Assembly (NCBI GenBank): GCA_965235115.1
Contig: OZ249451.1
Coordinates: 7,626,001-7,690,000 of the forward strand
Direction: 5' to 3'
Length of the DNA stretch: 64,000 bases
DNA from: Laetmonice hystrix
Lineage: Eukaryota
The notes below the pieces were generated by a model. The model saw only the letters and a program-made list of their open reading frames with translations. It made no database searches and was not told the DNA's origin. The position numbers were made by a program, and so were the translations under genes. Below, piece by piece: positions 49,584 through 62,500 of the stretch; within the stretch, counting starts at the first letter, position 1; each line of letters opens with the position of its first letter.

Positions 49584-52500
49584 GTAAGCAGCTTTTCATT
49601 TGGTTTGTTTTTCAGGATAAACACTAATTAATTGAAATTGCAAAATTGGTTTTCTTTCAGTATCAGAGAGGAAGGTAAGGGGAACTATGAAATTTTGATT
49701 AGCTCGTGATTTCGAGTTCTGTGGTATTTATAGATGGCTAAACATTGACGTCATGGCTGATAAATATGTAGCACTACTAGCCATGGTGGCTAATGATTCT
49801 CAAAGCCCACTTCTAATAATAACACAATGAAGGAAGAACAAAGGCCTATATCATGGCAGTTGGCTGATGGCGTGCACTAACTGACTGTACCTGCATTTTG
49901 AAAGGACTGTTTGGCAGAGTCCGCTGCCATGGTGGTTAGTTTTGGCTAGTGTATTGGCCTCACTTGGAAGGCAAACCATGGAAGCTTCCATACAACAAGA
50001 GACATCCTACACAAAAGTGACCTTTCATGTATGGCATCATTTCAAGCACAGGGTAGTCTCTCATTGTAGCCATCTTTATATATATTTCTTTGAGGTATAA
50101 ACACAAAATAAAAGTGAACTGCACATTCAACTTCTTGCTGCCAAATTCCCAGGCTTGGTAAATGTATACTTCCAAGTCCCCTGCTGTATAGGGTGTTGTA
50201 GTTTGGTCATTTACTACAGGGCCCCACTCCATGCACTAAGTGTATCCAGATGACCAAACTGTGAGGACTTCATTGACACTGACAGCATGCTGGGGTAATT
50301 GACTAAACAGGGCTGGTGTCCAGGCTAGCAGTGGGACCAGGTTATGGTGGCCAGGACTGGGCTGGAACAGGGCGGGAGGTCTATGTGTTCCTGAGTTGCA
50401 TTTGGAATGTGCAGTCATGACAGTATAGGGGCTGGGGCTGAAGGTTTGTTCAAGAATCGTGGTATGTTCCCAAAAATTTGAGGACAAGAAGATCATGTGC
50501 ATCAATATTATAATAAAGGTCTGGTACTAACATGACAGTTTGATGAGGAAAATATTTCCACATAGTGTTGATTTTATTACTTGAGCCTAATATTTTGAAA
50601 CACTTTCCTTAAAATTGTAGATGCGACTGAATTAGTGTAAATGGTAACTGCGTCCTGAGTGTAATAAGTACTGTATTATCATGGTATCCCTAGGAAACAG
50701 AACGAAGAATAGAGCAAAGGGGGATTAAGGTCAATAGGTCAAGTGAGAGAACCTGGTACCCAGTTCGTTGATTTGGGTGGCTTCTTAAAACCATTAAGTA
50801 AATTAATTCTATACCTCACAACATATTTATCCAGATTTTAAATTTTAAGTAACTCAGATTTGTTAAGATATGGACATGTCCATCGTTTTATTATCGAGGG
50901 GTGATCAAATATCAAATGTTAATCGAATCAAGTGAACTTATTTTTGTGATATTTGAAACTTGATTCACGCAAATAAAAAGAACAATGGCAATTTCATAAA
51001 ATAATATGAAGAAACTAAAGAAATCCATGTTGATTCCACGGCTTTGATAACTTTCCTGTATAGATCTGTGTGTCTTCTGTATTTGATTAAAATCAGATTT
51101 GCTAGCTGTCCAGAAAGCTTAGAGATGAAGGTAAATTAAACTTAACTAGGGTCAGCTTTATGGAAATTGATATAGTGAGGTGGTAGAGGTCAGTAGGTTG
51201 TTGCCATGGCAACAAATATTTTCTAAATGGTAGAAGACAGATGTTTACCTGCCGGCACCTGGTGCCCTGATTGCAGGTAAACAAAAGGAGCTTCTGAGAT
51301 GGCTGGGAGCAAGCACGTGGTGTCCAGGTGGCTATTCAGTGGGCAGCAGAGCAGACATGGCCTCAGACCTCTGAATGAATTAACTTTGTAAACCAGGCTT
51401 TGGCTCATCCTTGAGGTGAACAAGTACACAACAAAGGTTTTACAGTAGTAGGTGGGTTGATATCTGTGTGGTCATGTAGTGTACACTTCAAATTGTTTGA
51501 AGGAGGCTTTTTATGATCATCAGCATCGTTTGTTCTTGACATTGTGTGACCTCGACAACCCCCTTGAAAACCCCCTTACCATCACCGACTGTCATGAAGT
51601 ACATACATATTGTACTTTATTTTGTAATTACGCCCTGTGCTGAAAGAAGATTTTGCGTTGCTCTTGACACCATTTCATCACAGATTTAGAAAATAAATCA
51701 GGACAGTACCGTACCAGTTTCTATTTTGATGCCATGATGAAATTGTCAATTTGACCACACATATTTGGCTTATGAATCACTGAGATATGGGAAAGACCTC
51801 AGTATATATTCTACACTTGATATGTTGGAGCAGGCCTTTACCATTTTAACTTGGGGCACTAAATGAAGTCCGACCATTTGAGTGAGTAATTTGATGCCAT
51901 TTTTTTGAAATCTGAGACCGTGAAGGCTAAACCGTAAATGCCCCTTTCCTTTGGCCAAGTTTATGGTCCAACCTGGAACAGATGTTTTCTGTGGGGGTTG
52001 CGTACACCCAGCTGTCGTTGGGGGAGGGGAGGCGCTGGAAGAATTGCTAGAAATGCTACAGGTTGAGGTAAAAGTACTACAGGAAGGGGCCTTTGGCAAG
52101 AAACTAATGACTTTGTATTTAGGTCACTTTTTTCTCGATGATTAATCTGTGAGTAAGTGTCTGGAGGTTGTGAAAGTTGTCCTTCATCTGGGCGTAGATT
52201 TTTTCAAACATGCCAGTGACTGTCTGAGTAGAACAAAAACTTGGGTAACGACTGGGAAACTAGAGCGAGGACGCGAACTCGTCTGGTAGTAGCTTGAGGT
52301 GATAGGTCTGACACGAATGACAGAGCTAGACATTCCTGGTGAAGACACTGAAGTAGCTCGAGTCAGTATTATTGGTTTCTGCTAACTTGAGTGTTTAAAT
52401 CTGAGGTGCTATATTAACTTTGAAGAATGTTACCTGTCAAGAAAGATGTCTTTTAGCCTTGTTCACCAAACCTTAAAAAAATATTTGATATCTGAAGTAG

Positions 52501-55500
52501 TTTACATTGACATTGATCCTGGTAATTTTGTTATTAAAGCTTGGGGAGGTTGCACTCGAGCTGCCGAGGTAGAACTCTCATGTTGGCCAAATATATCGCA
52601 CCATGGACAATTTCGAGGCGTGATCGAGTGTACTGCTGACATATATTTTCCACCCTGACCAGAAAAAGGAGGGTCGGCGATTCATATTATAATGTAGGTC
52701 GGTCAACTTAAGCAGCTCTTTGCCTATTGTTTCAGTGTAACGGTATTGGAACTCAGCATGGGGCTAGGTTATCCTGACACAGGTGTTGCCAACACCTGTG
52801 TAGCCATGTTCACCCTATCACAGGGTGACGCCATCAAGGAACTTGAACACTGTTTACCAACCACTTTCAGACCTGTCAGCTAAAGTGTTTTGGAAAGTGC
52901 GACTGTATAAAAAGATTGTGGTATTTTAAGTAAACGCTTGATGGCCATTTATTGCCATTGATGGTGCATCAATTGAGTACAAAAAATGCTAAGAAATAAA
53001 AGATGATTCTATTTAAAGATTTCATATGAAAAAGGTGAACACTATAGGTGGGAGTGCTTTTAATAGGGCTATAGTTCAAACGGTTGTCTCTGTTCCTTTA
53101 TTATTTGATATGTTTTAAAACATTTTAAAAACACCTTCAGAATTGCATGGTGTGTGATTGATCAGTATATAATTGTCATAGATTCATTAGTAGATGATAA
53201 TAATTGGAATGTTTAAACATTGACTATTCGGGCTGATTCTTTCATTCTTTCGTCGTCGATAATTGCATTGGGTTCATACTCGTCAGAACTGTATATTTAA
53301 TAGATGAATTAAAACTTGTTTAATAAATTAATGAAATTTGACCTTGAGACACTCCATAAATTATCGAGTCACGTGAAATACAGTTGGCTGCCGAAAAGAT
53401 CTTTCCCTTTGTGTATTAAATACACAGACTGGAACAGTCTTGTTTCTTCAGCAGCTTTTCTGGCCACGTAACTAGGATATTACGTGTTGTTTTGATAAGT
53501 AATTCAACAGGCAGGCAGGGTAATGTTCATTTACCTGTGTAATTTGAAATTACGCACGTCTCACACAAAAAGCTTCATTTAGAACCTTAACATCTCAAAG
53601 CTGACAGTAGATATTTTTAGGTTACCGACAATGATCTACTCAGCCTAAAGCATTCCATTAAAGTTTTTATGGGCAGTACAAGTTTTTGAAATGTCAGTTT
53701 CCCCCCTTTCCCCACTCAAAGCTTCTCAGACCATAAACCACCTTTATTCTCATAGCAATGAAACTGTGTATATACCTTACTTAAACTCTACCTTTTAAGC
53801 CGTGTGCGGAAAGCTAGGATAGTGAACCAGGTGGTAGGAGGTAGCAGTATGTCCGGAACAAGTTTAACCACAAGAAAATACCCCTGGGTAGATTTGATAT
53901 ACAAATGTATGTGTGTGTTGACCTTCCACTTGGCTCAGTACGCTATATGTAACAGTTACAAATGAGTGGGAGTGTAGGTAAGCTGGACCTTTTGTGTTAG
54001 CGACTTGGCACGGCACATAGCCCCACCAACTGGGTGCAGCCAGCAGGAAGAGTCAGAGTACCCTTGGGGTAGTGAGGGAGCAGCAACAATAATACCCCTT
54101 AAAGCCCAAGGGCAACGGGGCTGTTATTTGTAGCGAATAGCATAAAAATGTGGTAATGACATCGGAATAGAAAAGAAGAGGAAATCATGTGCATAATGTC
54201 ATATACACAACCAATTTTGTGGGCAATTGCTTGTTAATGTGTTTATGAATCAACTTCAATCGATAGGCACAACTTTAACGTACTCATTTCAGTACCATAG
54301 TAAAGAAAGCTGCGGGCATTTTCCGGCCAATTACCTGCAATTTTAGACAGTGATGAAGGGGGAATTTGCTTTTTAATTTTCATATTATATCAACTGTAAT
54401 GCTCAATTTTCCGCTAATATGCATTTTGTTATTGAGCTCTTGCCGCATTGCAAACTCTAATATATATATCTTGCCACTTGATGGTGAGCTATTGAAACAT
54501 TCCTGCACAGTAGGTGCTATCTTAAGTGAGTAATAATGTTGTATTTTACAAACAAATCCTTGGATATACGTATTTAGATGACTTGATACGGTATCTATAC
54601 ATAGGTAAAGTAATTTGCCGATACAAAGTCAACTGTAGGTCATTCAAGAGCCATAAATTTTGTTCGTAAAGCTGGGAGAGATGCTTATAATCAGCATAAA
54701 CCAGACAGAAGGTCGCAAATTGTAAGACCACTATTGAGATAAGTAGTGAGAAGGATGTGACCTTTTCTGCTGACACTGTCAGGGTCGGCCGACATGAATG
54801 CTTTTGCAGTCCGTCCCCTCCACCCGTGGTCAAACACTGGCAAGGACAAGTACCCCCCCCCCCTCCCTCTCACGGCCCATGGCTCCAGCAGTAAAAGTCT
54901 GAGGTGGGGGAGGGACTTGACTAGGTGCATGTGTGTGTAGCAAACAACTCACAAACAGGAGAGGGGGGTTACATAGCAGGGCAGTTCCCCAAGGTACATT
55001 CCTTATTTAGGCAGGTGCTCCCTGGGTGTTAAAAAGATTGAAGACATGAAGATGCCGTGAATGCAAGTGAAGATAGGATGGCACGTTACAATACAGGGTA
55101 ATTTATCATTTTGCCTTTATGTGCTATCTTATCAGTTCATTGGCATGCAATAGTTAACACAATGTTGTCATCACACACCGCAAAGTCTAAATTGATGGAC
55201 GCTGCATTATCTTACTACATATGATTCCTTATACTTTTGTTATCTTATTGTCATGAAATCTCTTTATATAGCCCTGTACATCTACAAGGAGAATCCTAGT
55301 GGTGGCTTTATCTATCTAGGTTAGAGTCGGACCTTGCCTTCCCAATATAGGACCGCAATGGTTGCAGACAGATGTATTCCTGATATTGATAAACTGATAT
55401 TGATAAACCTAGAGCCGTTTATACCTTTTGTTATCGAGCTATCAGCTAGGTGTTAAAGTGTTTGGGTGGATGAAAAATATCTCAGAAACGATGTTGTATT

Positions 55501-55694
55501 GTTTACCAAACGTGGTTCCACATAATGAAACCTCTGTATGGAACAACCTAATTATTAAAGCGAGCAGTACGGGTATAATGACGGTGCGTCTTAAATACCT
55601 TTTTGATATTCTGATCAGGGCACATCGATCGTAGTCTGTAACGGTAAATGATCTGCATAATATAACGTGAGCTGGATATAAATCAAGGAAGATA

Positions 55695-56552
55695 TATCGG
55701 GTGGATAAAAAAAACGCCCCAAACTTTAAACTTTAATATTTCAAAAACTATGCATTATAATTCAATAAATTTTCTCTTAATATCACTTCATGATATTATC
55801 TCTGGTATGTTAAAGTTTCAGCTCAATAGTTTTGATATTAATCCCGTGGCGCTAAAAACAAAAATCAGTGTCTAAAAACGCAATGCCGGAATTAGGTCAA
55901 ATATCATGCAGCTGCCAGGTGTCCAATTTGATACCTGTTTGATGCACCGCGTTGTACCTTGGGTAATAACATTTTCAATATTTAGTTTTTGCATGTTTTA
56001 CAATATGTATAATGTTGTGGACCACTAGATATAATAAATTATGTGCTATTCCTAGTACTTCTAGAGAAAAACAGATGTTTAATGTGCCAAACCCTACAGA
56101 GAAACTGCAACATTAGGACGATATGACTGTAACCAGAAGTTCAAGGGAAATCGTATCATTATCACGTTTAGCAACACATTCAGAACGTTGCATATTTCCC
56201 AATGTTGGGAAGATATTTCCCTATCAGAGATCAGGAAGTGCATTGGCTCATGGAAAAAGAGACTGAGAGCAGTATGAAGTGAAAACGGGGGACCGATTGA
56301 CCACCTACTCGAGTGTGAGGCCAGGCACTCTGGGTGCGACTACACGTCGCTTTAGCACGGCATTGCGCTTTTGTACAATGACTTTTGTTTTTAGCGCCAC
56401 GGAAATATTATTCAAGCTATTGACTTGTAACATTAACAACTAAGAGACAACATCATGAACGGATAGGAAGAAAAATTTCATTGAATTACAATCATTACTT
56501 TTTGAAATATTGAAGTTTAAAGTTCGGGGCGTTTTTTTTTATCCACCCGATA
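55695..56552. mobile_element. Tc1/mariner-like MITE (~860 bp) with long TIRs
   Basis: TA on both flanks; first ~50 bp tatcgggtggataaaaaaaacgccccaaactttaaac nearly perfectly inverted at the right end; inverted homology extends to ~170 bp (gtggcgctaaaaacaaaa at ~55847 vs ~56383). Confidence 0.85.
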
Positions 56553-59500
56553 TATACTGACATATAAACTGCCGACGGTTTGGTAATCCACCATTGTAAG
56601 AGCTCCACCAAATCGGCTGACCTATACGGATTAGGGTTAGACTCATGGCTGGGATTATAGTGAGGTATTTTTACAGGTGAACAGTGTATTTAGTCATATT
56701 TATTAACACAGCTGAATGTTTGGCTTGCAGAAAATGTTGATTGCTAATGTTTCCTCAATGTCTGTTCCGACAAATGATGCACTGCTTTCTCATTACACAT
56801 TTCTGGCGCGAACAGCTCGTTGCCATTTAAAAACGTGAGCCCTTGTATAATTTGTTGATGATTATAACATCGGTTTGCTATTGCAGAGTGAGCATATAAA
56901 TTAATGGTGATTATAACAAGTTCTCAATGGAACTCCATTAATTGTACAATAATTGAATGCAAGAGGTCTTGAACAATAATCAATATACCAGGTTTAGTTT
57001 TGTGCATTCATGGAATAAATTTTACAAGTGATTGACAGCGTCGCTTGTCAGTGGTCACATATTAACACGGACAACTTAGAGTGTGCACTCGGGAAACTTA
57101 GAAACATAAATAAGGGATTCCGACATGTCATTTTACATAACAAATAAACAAAGAAAACCAGAACGTTTGTCATGTTTTAGAAGGCTGCTGTTTTTTTATA
57201 CCGTCTTGCCAATGAATTGAAGTAGGTGAAGTAGTGGTACGGTATATCAGGTGTTTCCTTCTTTGATTATTAAAAAAACAACTTTCGACACCCCACACTC
57301 TAGACCCGACCAGGTTGTCTGCCAGTACTAAAAATAGTATTTAAAGTTAAGAGGTTTTTGTTTATCTTTAAATTACCTTTACTCACTTTAAGACGATCCT
57401 AATCTTCCTCTTGACTGTTCACTTAAATACACAGAAGACTTTTTGGGTCAAAGAAAAGTGCTCGACAGTTGACGGTAATATATATTTGATTCTCTGGGAC
57501 AGCTGGTAATATATACCTGTGAGACAGGTGATGGTAGAGCAACCACAGGTTTTCCTACATGTAAATTATGCCGAAAACAGTCAGTTGAAAATGAAAACAT
57601 GCTTTGTTTGACCTCAAGGGCCCCTTACACTCTTCAACCCCCCCCCCCCCCGAATAAAAAGTAAAAGAAAAAGTTTTTAAACAAAATTCGCAAATTACCG
57701 TACTCTCCAGCTTTTGCCTTTATGATTCTGGGTCAAAGTCTTGTGTCTAATCAAGATTGAAAATTATGAATAATGTACAAACGACTTGGAAGAAAAAAAA
57801 CAGGGGGAGAGTTTAGCCTCCTCTCTCCCAAATTGCTAGCACTCGACACAGCTGATCCGCAAGTTTTCTGTCAGTACAGGCAATTTTTCATGTCCCTGTA
57901 AGATGTGGTCGAATGGCATGGAATAAAGATAGCCATGTCGTATTTTTTAAGAACTACACAGAAATATGTGAGGTGTTGATGAGTGGGGTTGTACAGATTT
58001 AACTTTGAGGTTCTAATAATATAGTCCGTGCCGCTGGTGGTTACAGCTATACCCAACGTCTTTAGTCGTTGGGCTCGTCTGTTTTATGGTCCTCAACCTG
58101 ACGTATAGGACGCTCCAAGTTACAGAATGTCAATAATTTTAAGTAGACGGGCCAACTGAACCATTTCCAGATGGTTGCACAGTGACCAAGAGACGGCTCG
58201 TGCCGTTTCTCCCTCGTCCTATTCCTCTAGTCTGTCTCAACCCTGTGCACCTTTGAGGAATCGGCAAGATCAGAAGAGACGTATTTGATCAACTAAAATG
58301 TTTTAGCTAGTAAATCTATAGTTACGTCATAATGTGGATTACATATGTTAATATATATGTTTTTCAATACGCCCTCAATACTAGCGTATGGCACGACTGT
58401 TCCATTGGGTGGTTTGGAGTTAAAACCTTCTCAACTCAGCCCTTGCCGGAGTTGACATTCAACTTCAAGTGCTCTACTCTGACACAGATAAGTTCTGTTT
58501 CATGCAATGTCAGGGAATGATGGCACTCCACTCCATGGGGGTTTTACCCTAGTTTTTTTAAAAGGTAAAAATATTGGATTAGCTGGCCACCCATGGCGTT
58601 CAAGATAAAGAACTCGAGTGGCACAGCCTTGGATTGTCTAACGTGCTTGTTGTATTGATTGCAATGGTGGCGTTAATCATAAAAAGGGGCCTTGTACAAG
58701 TTGTAGTAGATCAGCTACTTTGGTAGTGTCAACTATCAGAAACAGCTGGGAGGGGGCTCAGTGGGTCAGCCTGCTCTGCCCTGTGACTGATACTCCAGAC
58801 TAAGGTACATTCTGTCTGATGTGGCTCCGATGGTGTGGTCTGTAACACATTGAAAGGCTCATGTAACGTCCCCTTCACTGTATGTACAGACACAGACAAT
58901 ATACAAAATTACACTTTCGGGAAGGAATAGTAAACGTTATTGAGAGGGGGGTTGACCAGTAGACTAGAAATTTAGACAATTTTACGTGACAACACCCCCC
59001 CCCCCCCACAAGACAATACCAGGTAATTTTTCATATTACCACTCAATATGAATTGACTTTTTTCGATTTCGTTTTGGATGGCGTGAGGGACTGACCACGC
59101 TAGGATATTCTGACAGAAGGGTTGAAAGGGACACGCTACCAATCAATGGCTGCAAAACTGAACCCTGTTTAACAGCCAACAATAAACCGATTTCCTGCCT
59201 AACATTTGTTACATGGCCATCGTATATTTTAGTTTGTGTGACCACTGGCATCATTCAGGAGACAATTTGTGTAAAATGATTATTTAGTATTTACCGGGTA
59301 AATAGGCCATGCTCTGCGTTATTTTGTGACTCGGGCCAGGCCCTGCACCTTTGTGCAGCTTTTACTGAAGTATGGGTTTCTGTTACAATGCCATGTGCAG
59401 CATGAACATATCAACTGTGTGCATTACATTCATCGCTTTGATAATCTGTGATTTATTGTTGGGAAGTAGGGGTTCATGATCACACAACTAAACCTTTTAT

Positions 59501-62500
59501 CACTGAGTACCAGTGTCAGGTTTGTAAGGGTGGAGTATTGTACAGTTGGTAGACTATTACTCCTACAAGCACATATTGGAACATTATTCAGGAGTGCATA
59601 TATACGGTATATATCTAGTGAGGAAAAGGTAGTATTTTGGAAAAAGATTACATTAGATTTAAAATTTTGGAATCTTTGTATGTCTAGTTAGGGAAAAGGG
59701 CAAGTCCTGAAATTGGGAGTTTGTGAAGAGATTGTGGTTTATCGTTCCAGACTGGAGTTGGTTGCTTGAGTCTGCTTCAGTGGCTGCATGGTAGGCTCAG
59801 TGAGGGCTGACCCACTTTACCAGGACCAACGTGCATGGGGGCCCCTAAGTCTGACCTTTGACCCTCAAGCTCTGGAGATCAAAAATATGGCTGGGGTAAA
59901 AGAATGCCAGGTGGCTTACTGGTTTGATAACAGAGGAAGGTCGTAGTGTGACCGCCTCACTGTACATGGATAGAACTAACTGGTCAGCCAGCAGCAAGAT
60001 GGGACCAGTCATCCTCAGGAGTTAGCGTGAGGGGGTGGGGTGGATGGCACTACCCTACCCCAAGTCCCTCTCATTGTCATGAGACAGGCAGTCATGTGTT
60101 CTCCGGGATTCTATTTATAGACGACTGGGATGTTTCCGAGGCTCCTGTTCCCCAGCCACCGATAAGAGACCAACCTCTTGGGAACAGGACTTTACCAATG
60201 GGGAGACCCTGGACTCCTAAAGGAGCACCTGCTCTGATTCTCTTATGTATGCAGCTCACCCTGGTGCACAATCTCTGCAGTCATCTGATGCGTTGCATGA
60301 CAATTGGACATTTTGTCTTTGTCACTGAACGCAGTACGGTAGGGTAAGGTTGCAGAGTATTGCGTAGATCTTGTACCGTCCGTCTACCGTAATAATAATC
60401 TAGGACCCCACTCTTCAGAGTAGGCCTTAGAACGGGCAGGGAAGCATATTCTATTCTATTCTGTTCTATTCCAGAATGTCGTACCTGTAGTCTGATTGGG
60501 GGATCGCATCTACACCCCACAATCATAAACACTACCTCGGAAACACAAAAATGAAAACTTGTGCTCATATTTTGATAAAATGTACCATACGTAATAGAAG
60601 AGGTGTCTTCAGTTGTTGAACCGGAACGTTGAGTCACCTGGCCTCTGTCAGTGCCCATTCATTTTTCTAAAAACCCAGGACTGGAGATCACATTCCAAAA
60701 TAAGAACTAGAAATGTCAGAGGTTTTTTCCCATTACTTGAACTTTTTTCACCTTTAAGACTGAAAGCTAAAGAAGAAAACAGGCCCTGGGTCCACAAGAA
60801 AACGTCGTGCGAAGCTTGGCGTGGGGTGCAGTCTCTCCTGTTACTCGTGTGGCTGATGCATGATCTCCCAGATCTGTCAGAAACTCAAAGTGTACCCTAA
60901 ATCATATACTACTATTCGTGACGGCAATTCTAAAGTGGGAACCAACCTACTTTTGGCGCTTAAAATCCAAATTCAATCTGTTTCATATCTATAGTTTGGA
61001 TAAATCAGTTTGAGATCATTATTGAGATCATGGGAGCATGGTAAGGAGGTGTTGCCCCAGTGACGGGGTGCCAGTTCTCCGTTTGATCAATGCCCTTATC
61101 ATGTCAAACCCCTGTCAGGCTGCATGAACTGAGTGACACGGACGTCTTCAAGTCCAGCACCCGGCACGGTTGTCATGGACATATATGATCCCAAGAGAAT
61201 AAGACACAGGGGCCGCAACATGGCAGCGGGCACTTTACAGGAGATCATGTGTGTTAAATGCAAAGGGCGTTTTCAAGGTCAGCCGTGCCTGCCCTGAAGG
61301 TCACCTGTTGCCGCCATCATAACATTATGACTATGATGGATGACACCTAAAAGCTTTCACTTGGAGAACAATCTCAGGAGGTTTGCCCGCTTTCGATCTC
61401 TGGCGGGATGGCATGTTGGTGGCCATAGGGGACAAATTTAGTTTAAACAGGTATTATTAACAGTGGCGGTTACTTCGGTACGGTGGGCTGGTTAAAGAAT
61501 AGGTTAGGTAATGGGATAGACAGGGTACGGTATTTTAAAACCAGCCTTTTGGTTCGGGATTGTGTCAACCTATGTTACATCTGGCTTGTCTTGGCCCAAA
61601 CGCTTGAGAAAAATACTGCAAGGTACTAATAGGAGATCTTTTCTACCAAAACGCTCCAAATTTTTAAAAGTTAAAATTACAAAAATAAAAAAGCCTGCCT
61701 GTAAACTGACACTGATTGTTATGTTTTAACTGCATGCGAAATGACTAAAGTTGAAACGGTGAGCCACCGTCTCCCCTGCTATGTAGGTCTAAAGTTCAAC
61801 TTTGAACAGTTACTGCATATATGCAGTGACCACATTACAACTAGTGAACAGTTAATAGGTAGGAATTCTCATGTCTCAACCGTTTACTCTTTCAGGTATA
61901 GATAAACGTCAATAGTTTTCACAGGGCATTCCTTTAATTTAAACGGTCTGTTTATAGTGTTCCATGAGGCTTAGCAGTCTAATCTTCCATGTCCATGGAT
62001 CTTGCGGGCTGACCAGTAAAATTCCGGTCCAATATTGGTGCCAAGCGGTCCATGGACCGAGGAGCTAGGATTCCAGGGCAGTGACGGGATCCATGGTTGG
62101 CTCCGATCAGTTACACCCTAATGATGATACGTTCAGCATGGCCAGGCGCCTGTTGAACGTGTACCCAGGTCAGAATGGTGTATCTCAATCTATTATACCG
62201 ACATTATACAGTCAGCCAACCTCAGGTGCCTTCTGAACTCTGACCTTGTGAGCTTGACCATCAGCTGTTAAAGGTGCACATATTGACCGCTTTTTTGACT
62301 TTATCCTGCCTTTTTGAAGAGGGAAGTAGAGAAACTATTCGTAATCGCAAGAATGTATAAATTAACTTGTCAGGTCATTACAGGTCATCACTCGGACGTT
62401 GAGGGTGGGTTCTAATAAAATATATTTTAAAATACCAAGTCTAAGGAAGGGTTGTCCAATATTCTGGGCTCAGAAACGAGGTATCTCAGTTTACTTCATC

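Noticed and set aside
49584-49627. Treating the 469-aa ORF as a complete single-exon gene
   Set aside because: A consensus donor CAG|GTAAGC at 49583 interrupts an ARM repeat, and the final 14 residues look like intron sequence.
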